Source of the DNA: Candidatus Binataceae bacterium
GTDB taxonomy: Bacteria > Desulfobacterota > Binatia > Binatales > Binataceae
Length of the DNA: 26,216 bases
Reading direction: 5' to 3'
Assembly: GCA_036494985.1 (NCBI GenBank)
Contig: DASXNP010000161.1
Location: forward strand, 1-26,216
Shown here piece by piece: positions 1 to 7,771 of the stretch (positions are counted from its first letter, which is position 1; every line of letters starts with the position of its first letter). The translations under genes were made by a program, and so were the position numbers. The notes beneath the pieces are model-generated. The model saw only the letters and a list, made by a program, of their open reading frames with translations, made no database searches and had not been told where the DNA came from.

Positions 1-297
1 CGCGGTTGCGTTGTTGACCAGGACGTCGAGCCGGCCCGACTCGAGCTCGACGCGATCGAACAAAGCGCGCACCTGGCGGTCGTCGCTATGGTCGCAAACG
101 ACGGCGATTCCGCGCCCTCCGCGCTTGGCGACTTCCTCGGCGGTTGCGAACACCGTGCCGCCGAATGGATTATCGCCGGCTTTACCGCTGCGGCCGGTGA
201 CATAGACCGTCGCTCCCGCAGCGCCCAGCGCGATCGCGATCCCCTTGCCAACGCCGAGGCTCGCCCCCGTCACCAAACAGACCCGTTTCTCCAACAT
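1..297 (-). CDS. SDR family oxidoreductase (DHRS1-like), N-terminal 99 aa; runs off the left edge
   Basis: Not in the ORF track. Manual translation from ATG at 297 gives MLEKRVCLVTGASLGVGKGIAIALGAAGATVYVTGRS...RLDVLVNNA, with the TGxxxGxG Rossmann motif and the NNA motif. It starts 1 nt after the kstD stop. Confidence 0.9.
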   Translation of the reverse strand, partial: MLEKRVCLVTGASLGVGKGIAIALGAAGATVYVTGRSGKAGDNPFGGTVFATAEEVAKRGGRGIAVVCDHSDDRQVRALFDRVELESGRLDVLVNNATA

Positions 298-298
298 C

Positions 299-2026
299 TT
301 AGACCCCCGCCAAGTGGTGCGCCGCGATATAGCCGAACGTCATCGCCGGCCCGAGTGTCGAGCCGGCGCCGGGATAGCTCGGACCCATCACAGCTGCCGA
401 AGTGTTGCCGGTCGCGTAGAGTCCCGCAATCGGCTGCCCGTCGCCGCGCAGGACCCGCGCGAATTGGTCGGTGAGCAGACCACCCTTCGTGCCGATATCG
501 CCGGCGTCGACGCGAATCGCATAGAAGGGCGGCTTCGCGATTGGCGCCAGGCACGGATTCGGCTGTACATTGACGTCGCCGTAGTAGCGGTCAAATTTGT
601 TGCTGCCTTTACCGAACTCCTGATCCTCGCCGCTTTGCGCGTATAGCTTCATGCGCTCGACGGTTGCGCGCAGGCCGCCTGCATCGACTTCGATTTGCTT
701 GGCAAGCGCATCGAGCGAATCGGCTTTGAAAAAGACCGTGCCGATCCAGCTCGCCGGGAGCGATTTGTCAGGGCGCACCATAGCCGGCAGCAAAGGACCG
801 ATGGGATATTTGCGGCGGAAGTCCGCGTCGAACACCAGCCATGCGGGAAGATTGGCACCGCTCTTCTCGTGGTCCGCATACATCGCATAGACGATGTCGC
901 TATACGGCGCCGCTTCATCGACGAAGCGTCGACCGATGCGATTTACCAGCACGCATCCGGGAAGCGCGCGTTCGACGAACACCGCGCGGCGCTTTTCGCG
1001 CCCGCTAACAAAAACGGTCGGCGCCCACCACGCATGGTCCATCAGCGCGACTTGCGCGCCGAGGCTTTGTGCGGCGCGAATCGCGTCGCCGGTATTGGCC
1101 GAGGGCGTCACCGTCCATTCGGCTTTGGTCGGCTTAGGGAGATATTGCTCGCGCATCGCCTGGTTGTGCTCGAAACCGCCGGCCGCGAGAATCACGCCGC
1201 GCCGCGCCGCGATTCGAATCGAGCCGCGGCTGCGGGTCGCGACGACTCCGGTGACGCGGCGCGAATCAAAAAGCAGCGCATCGAGAGGAGTCTCCAGCCA
1301 CAGTGGGATCTTGCGCTCGATCATCGAGCGACGCAGCGAACCAGTAAGCGCACTGCCCAGTGTCAACCTTCGATCGCGTCTGCTCCGCAATCGCCACGGC
1401 AGATCGAGCCAATAAGCCGCCATCCGGCGCACAAGAAGGGCCACCCATCCGCGCTCCTTGCACAAGAGCGTGTGCGCTTCTCCGGCGGTCATCGCAACGC
1501 GCCCGCCGATCAGGGTGCCGGGCTGCGGAGGCCGCATCCGCGCGAAGTCGTCGCCAAGCTCGGCTGCGTTGAAGGGAATCGGATCGAGAGTGCGATAGCC
1601 GGACTTTGAGCCGGGCAGATTTGGGTAGTAGTCGGAGTAGTCCGGCATCGGGCGATACTTAAGCCTGGTGCTTCGCTCTATGTAGCGCAGCATCTGCGGC
1701 GCGTGGTCCAGATACGCGCGCAGCCGGTCTTCTGCGACGGTTCCCCGCGTCGCCGCCCTGAGGTAGGTCAGCGCATCGTCATAGCTGTCGCTACCGCCCG
1801 CGGCGCCCATCAGATGGTTACAGGGCACCCAAAGGCCGCCGCCCGAAATGGCGGTCGTGCCGCCGTAGAGGTCGCTCTTTTCCAGCACTAAGACGGATTG
1901 CCCGAGGTCGTGCGCGCTGATCGCCGCCGTCATTCCGCCCGCCCCCGAACCGACCACGACTACGTCGAAGGCGTGATCCCATTTCCCGTCGCCGGAGGCC
2001 ACGCCGACTCTTAAGGCGTCGCTCAT
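299..2026 (-). CDS. kstD: 3-ketosteroid-delta1-dehydrogenase (FAD-dependent), 575 aa
   Basis: FAD motif DVVVVGSGAGG, GGTTAISGGGLW, DYYP, AWWAP, DIGTKGGL, and the KstD-type C-terminus GNTSAAVMGPSYPGAGSTLGPAMTFGY. Start moved to ATG 2026 (MSDALR), which overlaps the hsaA stop as ATGA. Confidence 0.85.
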   Translation of the reverse strand: MSDALRVGVASGDGKWDHAFDVVVVGSGAGGMTAAISAHDLGQSVLVLEKSDLYGGTTAISGGGLWVPCNHLMGAAGGSDSYDDALTYLRAATRGTVAEDRLRAYLDHAPQMLRYIERSTRLKYRPMPDYSDYYPNLPGSKSGYRTLDPIPFNAAELGDDFARMRPPQPGTLIGGRVAMTAGEAHTLLCKERGWVALLVRRMAAYWLDLPWRLRSRRDRRLTLGSALTGSLRRSMIERKIPLWLETPLDALLFDSRRVTGVVATRSRGSIRIAARRGVILAAGGFEHNQAMREQYLPKPTKAEWTVTPSANTGDAIRAAQSLGAQVALMDHAWWAPTVFVSGREKRRAVFVERALPGCVLVNRIGRRFVDEAAPYSDIVYAMYADHEKSGANLPAWLVFDADFRRKYPIGPLLPAMVRPDKSLPASWIGTVFFKADSLDALAKQIEVDAGGLRATVERMKLYAQSGEDQEFGKGSNKFDRYYGDVNVQPNPCLAPIAKPPFYAIRVDAGDIGTKGGLLTDQFARVLRGDGQPIAGLYATGNTSAAVMGPSYPGAGSTLGPAMTFGYIAAHHLAGV

Positions 2027-3246
2027 ACGAAGAAGTCGGAATTGCCAAGGCCCAGCAGCACGCCGCCGTAGTTGCGGCCGAACCTTTCCGCATTGTTGGC
2101 GTAGTGCAGGCGCGCCGCATGGATGTCGACAAAAAAACGCCCGATGGACTTGTCGTTGTAAATGCCCTGTCCACCGCAGGCGTGAAGCAGGCGGTCGATA
2201 TGCTCGGCGCACCGCCCGGCGACCGCGGCGGATTGATAGCGGTAGTGAATCCGGTCGTTTAGGTCAAGCGGCTCGCCGCGCCCGAGCTTATCCATCATCG
2301 CCGCGAAGTTGCGATGCAGCACGAGCCTCATGTCATCGATTGCGAGCGCCGCATCTGCCGAGGCAAGCGCGGCGGCGGGATCCTCGGCGGTGCGCGAGAG
2401 GTCGTTGGTGCTTACCCGCTTCGACCCGTATTCACAAAACACGTTGAGCGCGCCTTTTAGTGCGCCGAGCGACGCAGTCGAGACCGCGCGCACGAAGATC
2501 TGCCCGAACGGCAGCTTGTAGAGCGGTCCGGGGTTGGCGCTCAGGCCGGGGCTGGTGCCGGCGAAACCATCGATCGCGCGGTGGGTCCGATACTCCGGCA
2601 CGAATGCATCTTCGACGACGACCTCCTTGCTGCCGGTGGCCCTCAGGCCGAACGTGTGCCAGTTGTCGTTGATGCTGATATCGGCGCGCGGCACCAGGAA
2701 GGTCCGATAATCCGGCGCGCCCGCGCCATTGCCGGAGGCAACGATACCGCCGAGAAACAACCAGTCGGCGTGATCGACGCCGCTTGAGAACCCCCACCGC
2801 CCGCTGAATCTGAAACCGCCGTCGACGCGCGCGACCTGCCCGCGCGGCATGTAGCTCGAGGCGATCAGCAGCGCGGTGTCTTTGCTCCAGACATCTTCCT
2901 GGGCCCGCGGATCGAACAGCGCCAACTGCCAGTTGTGCACCCCGACCACGCCGTAGACCCATCCGCTGGACATGCATCCCTCGGCAAGCGTCGCTTGGAG
3001 GTCGAAAAAGACCCGCGGGTCGAGTTCGTAGCCGCCGTAGCGCCGCGGCTGGATTGCCCGAAAGAGACCGGCCTGCTTTAAGTCCGCGATTGTCTCCCGG
3101 GGGATGCAGCGATCCTGCTCGGCGCGCGGGGCGCGCTCGGCTAGAACCGGCACCATCGCTCGCGCCCGCAACAGGAGGGATTTTACGAGTTCGCTTTCGG
3201 GGTTCTCAGCGCCGGGTGTCGCCTGGCGCAAGGAAGATTCTGCCAC
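2023..3246 (-). CDS. hsaA: Flavin-dependent monooxygenase oxygenase subunit, HsaA-like (acyl-CoA dehydrogenase fold; 3-HSA hydroxylase type), 407 aa
   Basis: GVHNWQLALFD, IASSYMP, WGFSSGVDHADW, WHTFGLRATGS and HAARLHYANN match the HsaA pattern. Start placed at GTG 3246, which has GGGAG 7 nt upstream. The steroid gene context supports the call. Confidence 0.8.
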   Translation of the reverse strand: MAESSLRQATPGAENPESELVKSLLLRARAMVPVLAERAPRAEQDRCIPRETIADLKQAGLFRAIQPRRYGGYELDPRVFFDLQATLAEGCMSSGWVYGVVGVHNWQLALFDPRAQEDVWSKDTALLIASSYMPRGQVARVDGGFRFSGRWGFSSGVDHADWLFLGGIVASGNGAGAPDYRTFLVPRADISINDNWHTFGLRATGSKEVVVEDAFVPEYRTHRAIDGFAGTSPGLSANPGPLYKLPFGQIFVRAVSTASLGALKGALNVFCEYGSKRVSTNDLSRTAEDPAAALASADAALAIDDMRLVLHRNFAAMMDKLGRGEPLDLNDRIHYRYQSAAVAGRCAEHIDRLLHACGGQGIYNDKSIGRFFVDIHAARLHYANNAERFGRNYGGVLLGLGNSDFFV

Positions 3247-3312
3247 GGACCGCTCCCGCACACAGTCTAGATCCAATCGCGGCGATCATCGCATCACCGG
3301 GCGCGCCGACTC

Positions 3313-3330
3313 ATCGTCCGAAAAGACTAG
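3313..3330. promoter_or_regulatory. Candidate operator (imperfect palindrome ATCGTC-N6-GACTAG) upstream of hsaA
   Basis: 15/18 identical to the reverse complement of the palindrome at 5942-5959. Lies about 70-85 nt upstream of the hsaA start. Confidence 0.55.
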
Positions 3331-3433
3331 TGGACTTACGAAAATCCAAAGACTACCGGATTTCGCAGATCGATCTTCTGGCACGCTAAAACCGCACATT
3401 TTCACAGTCTTCCGATTCCTGTCTGGTCGGCGC

Positions 3434-4621
3434 TCATCCCAGCCAGATGACGCTGCTTAGCAGCAACCGCACCAGCGTGGTCTGCCGCCTGACGCCGATC
3501 TTGGCGAATATTGAGCGCAGATGAGCACGTGCGGTGTTCTTGCGGATGCTGAGCCGGTCGGCGGCTTCATCGAGGGTCAACCCATCGGCCAACGCCAGCG
3601 CGAGCGACGATTCCGCCAAAGTGAGGTCGAACAGCCGGCGCACCATCTCGCGCGATGCCTCCGAGCGGCGCTCGGGATCGCGAATGAACAGCGCCACCGC
3701 GGGCCGCCGATTACCTTCCGACCATGCCGCGTGCGCAATGTTGCGGATCAGCACTCCAAGCTTGCCGCGCTCGGCTCCGCGCGTGATCGAAATCGCCTCG
3801 GCCACGGCCGGGCTGCCGGGCGCGGGGCCGCTCATGGCTTGCTTGATGAGCCGCTGCAGCTCGCGATTCTCCACCGGCTCTCGGGCGCGCAGCATGCCGT
3901 CGACCAGGCGTAGGCCGGCACCGTCGGATAGCATCTCCTGCGCGACCGCGTTGCTTTTCATGAGCGCGCCGGTTTCATCGAGGATGACCGTGCCCACCAG
4001 CATCCGATCGACCGTGCCTGCGTACAGCCTGCGCTCCGAATCAATCAGCTCGAGCTGCGAATGGAGAATCACGGCGCGCTTTAGATGAGGAAGCATCGCG
4101 GTGCACAGCGCCTTATCGCCTTCAGAAAAGGGCGGCTCGCGATGGGGCCGGGCGACGCGAAAGCGGCAGTGAATTCCGTCGCCGGTCTGAATATCCGCAC
4201 CCAATGCGTGCAGGATGTCGAGCGGTTTGAGGAACTGCTTGTAGAATTCGGTTGCGCGCCAGTCGTCGCCGCTGATCAGCTCCTCGACGGTGAAAACGCG
4301 ATCCGGCGGCAGATCGATAAACGGATCGAGTGCGTAGTAATACTTGTTGTACTCGGCTTCGCGCGTAATCGGCCAATCACCGGCCGCGTTCACCATCAGA
4401 GCTTCGCGGTCGGGCGACGGCGGTCGCAACATCAAGGTCACGTAATTAGCGCGCAGATGAAGACGCAGCAGATCGAGCGCGTTCTTCCACGGAACCGGTT
4501 CCAGGGGCCCCTGGTAAATGGCGCCGACCAACTCGCTGAATTGAGACAGCGACAGAGCAACCGAACCGTAGGGGTCCGGTTCCCTCCGTTCGTGGCGGGC
4601 TGCCTTGCGCACCCCTCTCAT
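3434..4621 (-). CDS. LuxR-type HTH transcriptional regulator with GAF/PAS-like N-terminal sensor domains, 395 aa
   Basis: C-terminal LuxR HTH (LTLAESSLALALADGLTLDEAADRLSIRKNTARAHLRSIFAKIGVRRQTTLV). The N-terminus (LVGAIYQGPLEPVPW...LRANYVTLMLR) is typical of ligand-binding HTH regulators in steroid/lipid catabolic clusters. Confidence 0.85.
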   Translation of the reverse strand: MRGVRKAARHERREPDPYGSVALSLSQFSELVGAIYQGPLEPVPWKNALDLLRLHLRANYVTLMLRPPSPDREALMVNAAGDWPITREAEYNKYYYALDPFIDLPPDRVFTVEELISGDDWRATEFYKQFLKPLDILHALGADIQTGDGIHCRFRVARPHREPPFSEGDKALCTAMLPHLKRAVILHSQLELIDSERRLYAGTVDRMLVGTVILDETGALMKSNAVAQEMLSDGAGLRLVDGMLRAREPVENRELQRLIKQAMSGPAPGSPAVAEAISITRGAERGKLGVLIRNIAHAAWSEGNRRPAVALFIRDPERRSEASREMVRRLFDLTLAESSLALALADGLTLDEAADRLSIRKNTARAHLRSIFAKIGVRRQTTLVRLLLSSVIWLG

Positions 4622-4753
4622 CTACGCCAAGGCCGCGCTTACTGCGATAAGCGCCCAGCGACCGCTTCGGGCGGTTTTTCTCCTTCTCTTGCTTAACGTG
4701 GAACGGTTGGGGGGCTTAGGCTGGACTTGACCGCAAGGCGAAATCTTTGAGCT

Positions 4754-5821
4754 CTAGTCCTCGAACACGTGGTGCGGCGCGGGCGGCGCGGCCAATCCCT
4801 TGTTCAACTCTACTACCCGACGCTTGCGCATCTCCTCCGGCACCGCGGCGGCGTCGACGTAGAACTGCCGATACCATTGGCGCAGCTGATAAATGGGCCC
4901 ATCGCCTTCGCAAAGCAGCGGATTGTCAATGCGCACTTTGTTGTCCCAAATTGCGACGTCTTGGTAGAAGCCTTGCTGAATGCCCTGAATGTACCCCTCG
5001 CAGATCTGGCGCGACATCTCGTCGCTTACGCCTTTCATCTTGCGCACGATCATCCCAAAGCGCAGATCGAAGCGATGCAGATTAACCGGAACGTGGCAGT
5101 TGAGCAGCACGGAATCGATCGTGATACCGCCCATGTCACCCTGCATCTGTGTGATCTGATAGGCCGGCCCGAAGTAGGTCGCACAAGTCGCCAGACGGCC
5201 CTGATAGCCTTGCTGCCCCGAGCCGATCATTATTTGGGTCGCCTTATGCCCTTGGAACACGTTGGCGAAGTAGTCGACCGGCGCACCGTGCACCACTGGG
5301 AAGTGCGCCATGTCGGCGACGTTGTCGATTAGCTCGCGGCAATTCGTGTTGATGGTCCATTTCACGATCACCCAGTCGCTCCACTCCTCGGAAAAGCAGG
5401 CGTCGAGGCGCGGGATCGAGACTTCGGGCGCGGGCGGGTTCTCCTCGGGATCGTTCCACACGAACAGCAGCTTGTTTTGCTCGCCGGTGGGCCATGAGCG
5501 GACCCGCGCCTTGGGCGGAATACGCTTGCTGTATGGAATATGGTTACACTTGCCGTCGGCTCCCCAACTCCAGTTGTGGAACGGGCACTGAATCGAGTTC
5601 GCGCGCACGGTGCCACAAGAGAGATCGGCGCCCATATGCGGGCAAAAGCCGTCGAGCACGTGAACTTCACCGTCCTCACCGGGATAGGCGACCAGCCGCG
5701 TGCCAAAGACATTGAGCGCGTGGGGCTTCCCATCCTTGTAGTCCGCGGCGAGCCCGATGCAATGCCATCCGCGCGCGTAACGATCTTCGATCGGAGCAGC
5801 CTCGATCGCCTGCCTCTGCAT
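4754..5821 (-). CDS. kshA: 3-ketosteroid 9-alpha-hydroxylase oxygenase subunit (Rieske non-heme iron), 355 aa
   Basis: YARGWHC N-terminus, Rieske ligands CPHMG...CPFH, mononuclear Fe motif DNVADMAHFPVVH and C-terminal FYQDVAIWDNK. Start at ATG 5821 with GGAGG RBS. Confidence 0.85.
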   Translation of the reverse strand: MQRQAIEAAPIEDRYARGWHCIGLAADYKDGKPHALNVFGTRLVAYPGEDGEVHVLDGFCPHMGADLSCGTVRANSIQCPFHNWSWGADGKCNHIPYSKRIPPKARVRSWPTGEQNKLLFVWNDPEENPPAPEVSIPRLDACFSEEWSDWVIVKWTINTNCRELIDNVADMAHFPVVHGAPVDYFANVFQGHKATQIMIGSGQQGYQGRLATCATYFGPAYQITQMQGDMGGITIDSVLLNCHVPVNLHRFDLRFGMIVRKMKGVSDEMSRQICEGYIQGIQQGFYQDVAIWDNKVRIDNPLLCEGDGPIYQLRQWYRQFYVDAAAVPEEMRKRRVVELNKGLAAPPAPHHVFED

Positions 5822-5941
5822 GATCGCGTCCTCCTTTTCTCTCCCTCTGCCCGCGCCGTTGAAGAGCATGGGTCGGGGTCGTCAAGGCCGAGAATTCAAA
5901 ACTTCATCAACCGACTTCTACTTCAACATCCTCCATCCGCC

Positions 5942-5959
5942 ATCGTCTCTTCGGACGAT
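5942..5959. promoter_or_regulatory. Candidate operator (perfect palindrome ATCGTC-N6-GACGAT) between the divergent kshA and GFA genes
   Basis: Perfect 6-bp inverted repeat with a 6-nt spacer. A near copy lies at 3313-3330. Confidence 0.55.
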
Positions 5960-6163
5960 TGCGGGTAACTGCGCGCGGCTTGATCGAATTGCGAGATCGT
6001 GGAACTAGAAAAACCAGAGGAAAGGCGCCCTATGAGGCGAGCGTGCCGGTCCCCAGGTCCCTTGAGGGCGGAGGAACCAGGTCGAGCTTTTTGGGGCTGC
6101 TGCGATCGGGCGCAAGCCCGCCCAGTCAAGTTTTCCCGCCTCGGGCGAGAGGAGGACACACTT

Positions 6164-6571
6164 ATGCCGTCAATCACCGGAGGATGCGCCTGCGGTGCCG
6201 TGCGATACGAATGCTCAGCGGATCCGATCATGGCGGTCAACTGCTACTGCCGCGATTGCCAGCGCTCAACCGGCACCGCCATGGCCTCCGTGATGCTGGT
6301 CCCCACGGCCGCGCTGAAACTCACAGGACAGCTGAAGCACTACGAGGTGACGGGTGACAGCGGCAACAAAGTAAGCCGCGGCTTCTGCCCGAACTGCGGT
6401 TCCCCGATTATCTCCGTGCTCTCCGCAACCCAAGCGATGGTCGCGCTGAAGGCGGCCAGCCTGGACGATCCTGCTCAATTCAAACCGGTGGCGCAGGTAT
6501 ACCTGAAGAGCGCTCCGCCCTGGGCCCCCGTCCGCGACGATCTGCCAAGATTCGACCAACAACCCGCTTGA
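6164..6571 (+). CDS. GFA/CENP-V family Zn-binding protein (glutathione-dependent formaldehyde-activating enzyme family), 135 aa
   Basis: GGCACGAVRY, CYCRDCQR, RGFCPNCGS and ASLDDP. Start at ATG 6164 with GGAGG RBS. Confidence 0.9.
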   Translation: MPSITGGCACGAVRYECSADPIMAVNCYCRDCQRSTGTAMASVMLVPTAALKLTGQLKHYEVTGDSGNKVSRGFCPNCGSPIISVLSATQAMVALKAASLDDPAQFKPVAQVYLKSAPPWAPVRDDLPRFDQQPA

Positions 6572-6875
6572 ACCGCCGCCAACAAGCTTGTCGCCCGAAG
6601 GACTAGGTCGTGCGGTTCAGGCAGATGGCTTCAACCGGAGATTGCGCATCTGTTGCATCTCAGACGGCGCAAAAACCCACAGCGCGGTCGCTTGACCGAC
6701 TCGGCCTTAGACTTGCCCGGCAACGCCATCCGCGCCCGAGCGAGATGCGAAATGTCAGGCCGACCCTAAAGAAAAGATCATCTCGCCGGGCCCACGATGT
6801 TTGCGCGAGGACGGTTGCGGTGGAGCCCTTTTTAGAGCAGCTGCTGCGAGTTCCGACGCCGCTCTCTCGGCCCGG

Positions 6876-7364
6876 TCACTTCGGGTCCGGGCGATTCAGC
6901 ATCGCGACCGCCGCGGCAACCATGCCTTCGCCTCGGCCCAGTGCGCCGATTGCTTCCGGGTTCGACGCTTTCACGTTTAGTCTGGAAACCTCTGACCGCA
7001 TTGCGGCGGCAAGTCGCTCCCGCATCGCGTCGAGATGAGGCGACAGTTTCGGGCGCTGCGCAAAAACCGTGACGTCCGCATTGCCGAGCGACCAGCCGCG
7101 TTCGGCTGCCATCTGCCACACCCGCTCCAATAGCTCGATGCTGTCGATATCCCGGTAAAGGGGATCGCTGTCAGGAAAGTGCCGGCCCAGGTCGCCCTCG
7201 CCGATCGCACCGAGGATCGCATTGGCGAGCGCGTGGGTGGCCACATCGGCATCAGAATGGCCGCCTAGCCCATGCGTGTGCGGCACCGCGACGCCGCCTA
7301 GAACGAGCTTGCGTCCTTCCACCAAGGGGTGAAAGTCAAATCCCTGTCCAATACGCGATTCCAT
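6876..7364 (-). CDS. ispF: 2-C-methyl-D-erythritol 2,4-cyclodiphosphate synthase
   Basis: RIGQGFDFH, LVLGGV, GHSDADV, GDLGRHFPD, NADVTV...PKL and KASNPE. Confidence 0.95.
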   Translation of the reverse strand: MESRIGQGFDFHPLVEGRKLVLGGVAVPHTHGLGGHSDADVATHALANAILGAIGEGDLGRHFPDSDPLYRDIDSIELLERVWQMAAERGWSLGNADVTVFAQRPKLSPHLDAMRERLAAAMRSEVSRLNVKASNPEAIGALGRGEGMVAAAVAMLNRPDPK

Positions 7365-7446
7365 AGCCCAGCACTATTGCCGTCTTGGTTCCCTGGTTGA
7401 CATCAACTTTTTGTGGCGCTACCGGGTCCGCATAGGATTGCCTGCG

Positions 7447-7476
7447 TTGACAATCTCAGTCGCAGCGGTTCAAAAT
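7447..7476 (+). promoter_or_regulatory. Sigma70-type promoter for the lapA-like gene
   Basis: TTGACA-N18-CAAAAT, ending 10 nt before ATG 7487. No SD is present, so the leader is very short. Confidence 0.45.
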
Positions 7477-7486
7477 TTCAACTCCA

Positions 7487-7771
7487 ATGCCTGCTCCAGC
7501 TTTTGCCAAGAACCCCAGGGTCATCATAGGCACGATCGTAGTCGCGTGGGTCGCCTACGTAGTCTACTCGAACTTTCAACTCGACCCGGTCCAGATTCGT
7601 CTCTTGCCGTTCGCCGCAACGCTGCAGTTCAAGGTCTCTGCCATAGTGATCGCTTCGGTGCTGTTCGGCGTCGTCGCGACACTGGCCCTGCAGTTCTTGT
7701 GGCGGCGTCAGTCAAAGCCGACTTCGGTCATCGTCACTACACCGGCGTCCAGCAATAAAACCGTAGCGTAG
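7487..7771 (+). CDS. Small two-TM membrane protein, LapA (lipopolysaccharide assembly protein A)-like
   Basis: Hydrophobic helix, then NFQLDPVQIRLLPF linker, then a second helix (IVIASVLFGVVATLAL), then basic WRR. This is the LapA/DUF1049-like layout. A promoter lies directly upstream. Confidence 0.6.
   Translation: MPAPAFAKNPRVIIGTIVVAWVAYVVYSNFQLDPVQIRLLPFAATLQFKVSAIVIASVLFGVVATLALQFLWRRQSKPTSVIVTTPASSNKTVA

Noticed and set aside
695-1609. 304-aa plus-strand ORF and similar long ORFs (245-646, 4085-4696, 4769-5332, 15816-16652, 22912-23397, 24337-25005)
   Set aside because: Antisense shadows of well-supported genes, expected in GC-rich DNA. They are Arg/Ala-rich and have no motifs.
2027-2212. 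62-aa N-terminal extension of KstD in the ORF track
   Set aside because: It overlaps the hsaA coding region. The ATGA-coupled start at 2026 fits the family better.
4661-4680. ACCGC-N5-GCGGT hairpin with TTTT, oriented antisense to the regulator gene
   Set aside because: The 5-bp stem is too short to infer an antisense transcript. The nearby GCGCTTA/TAAGCGC stem (4635-4654) is equally unassignable.
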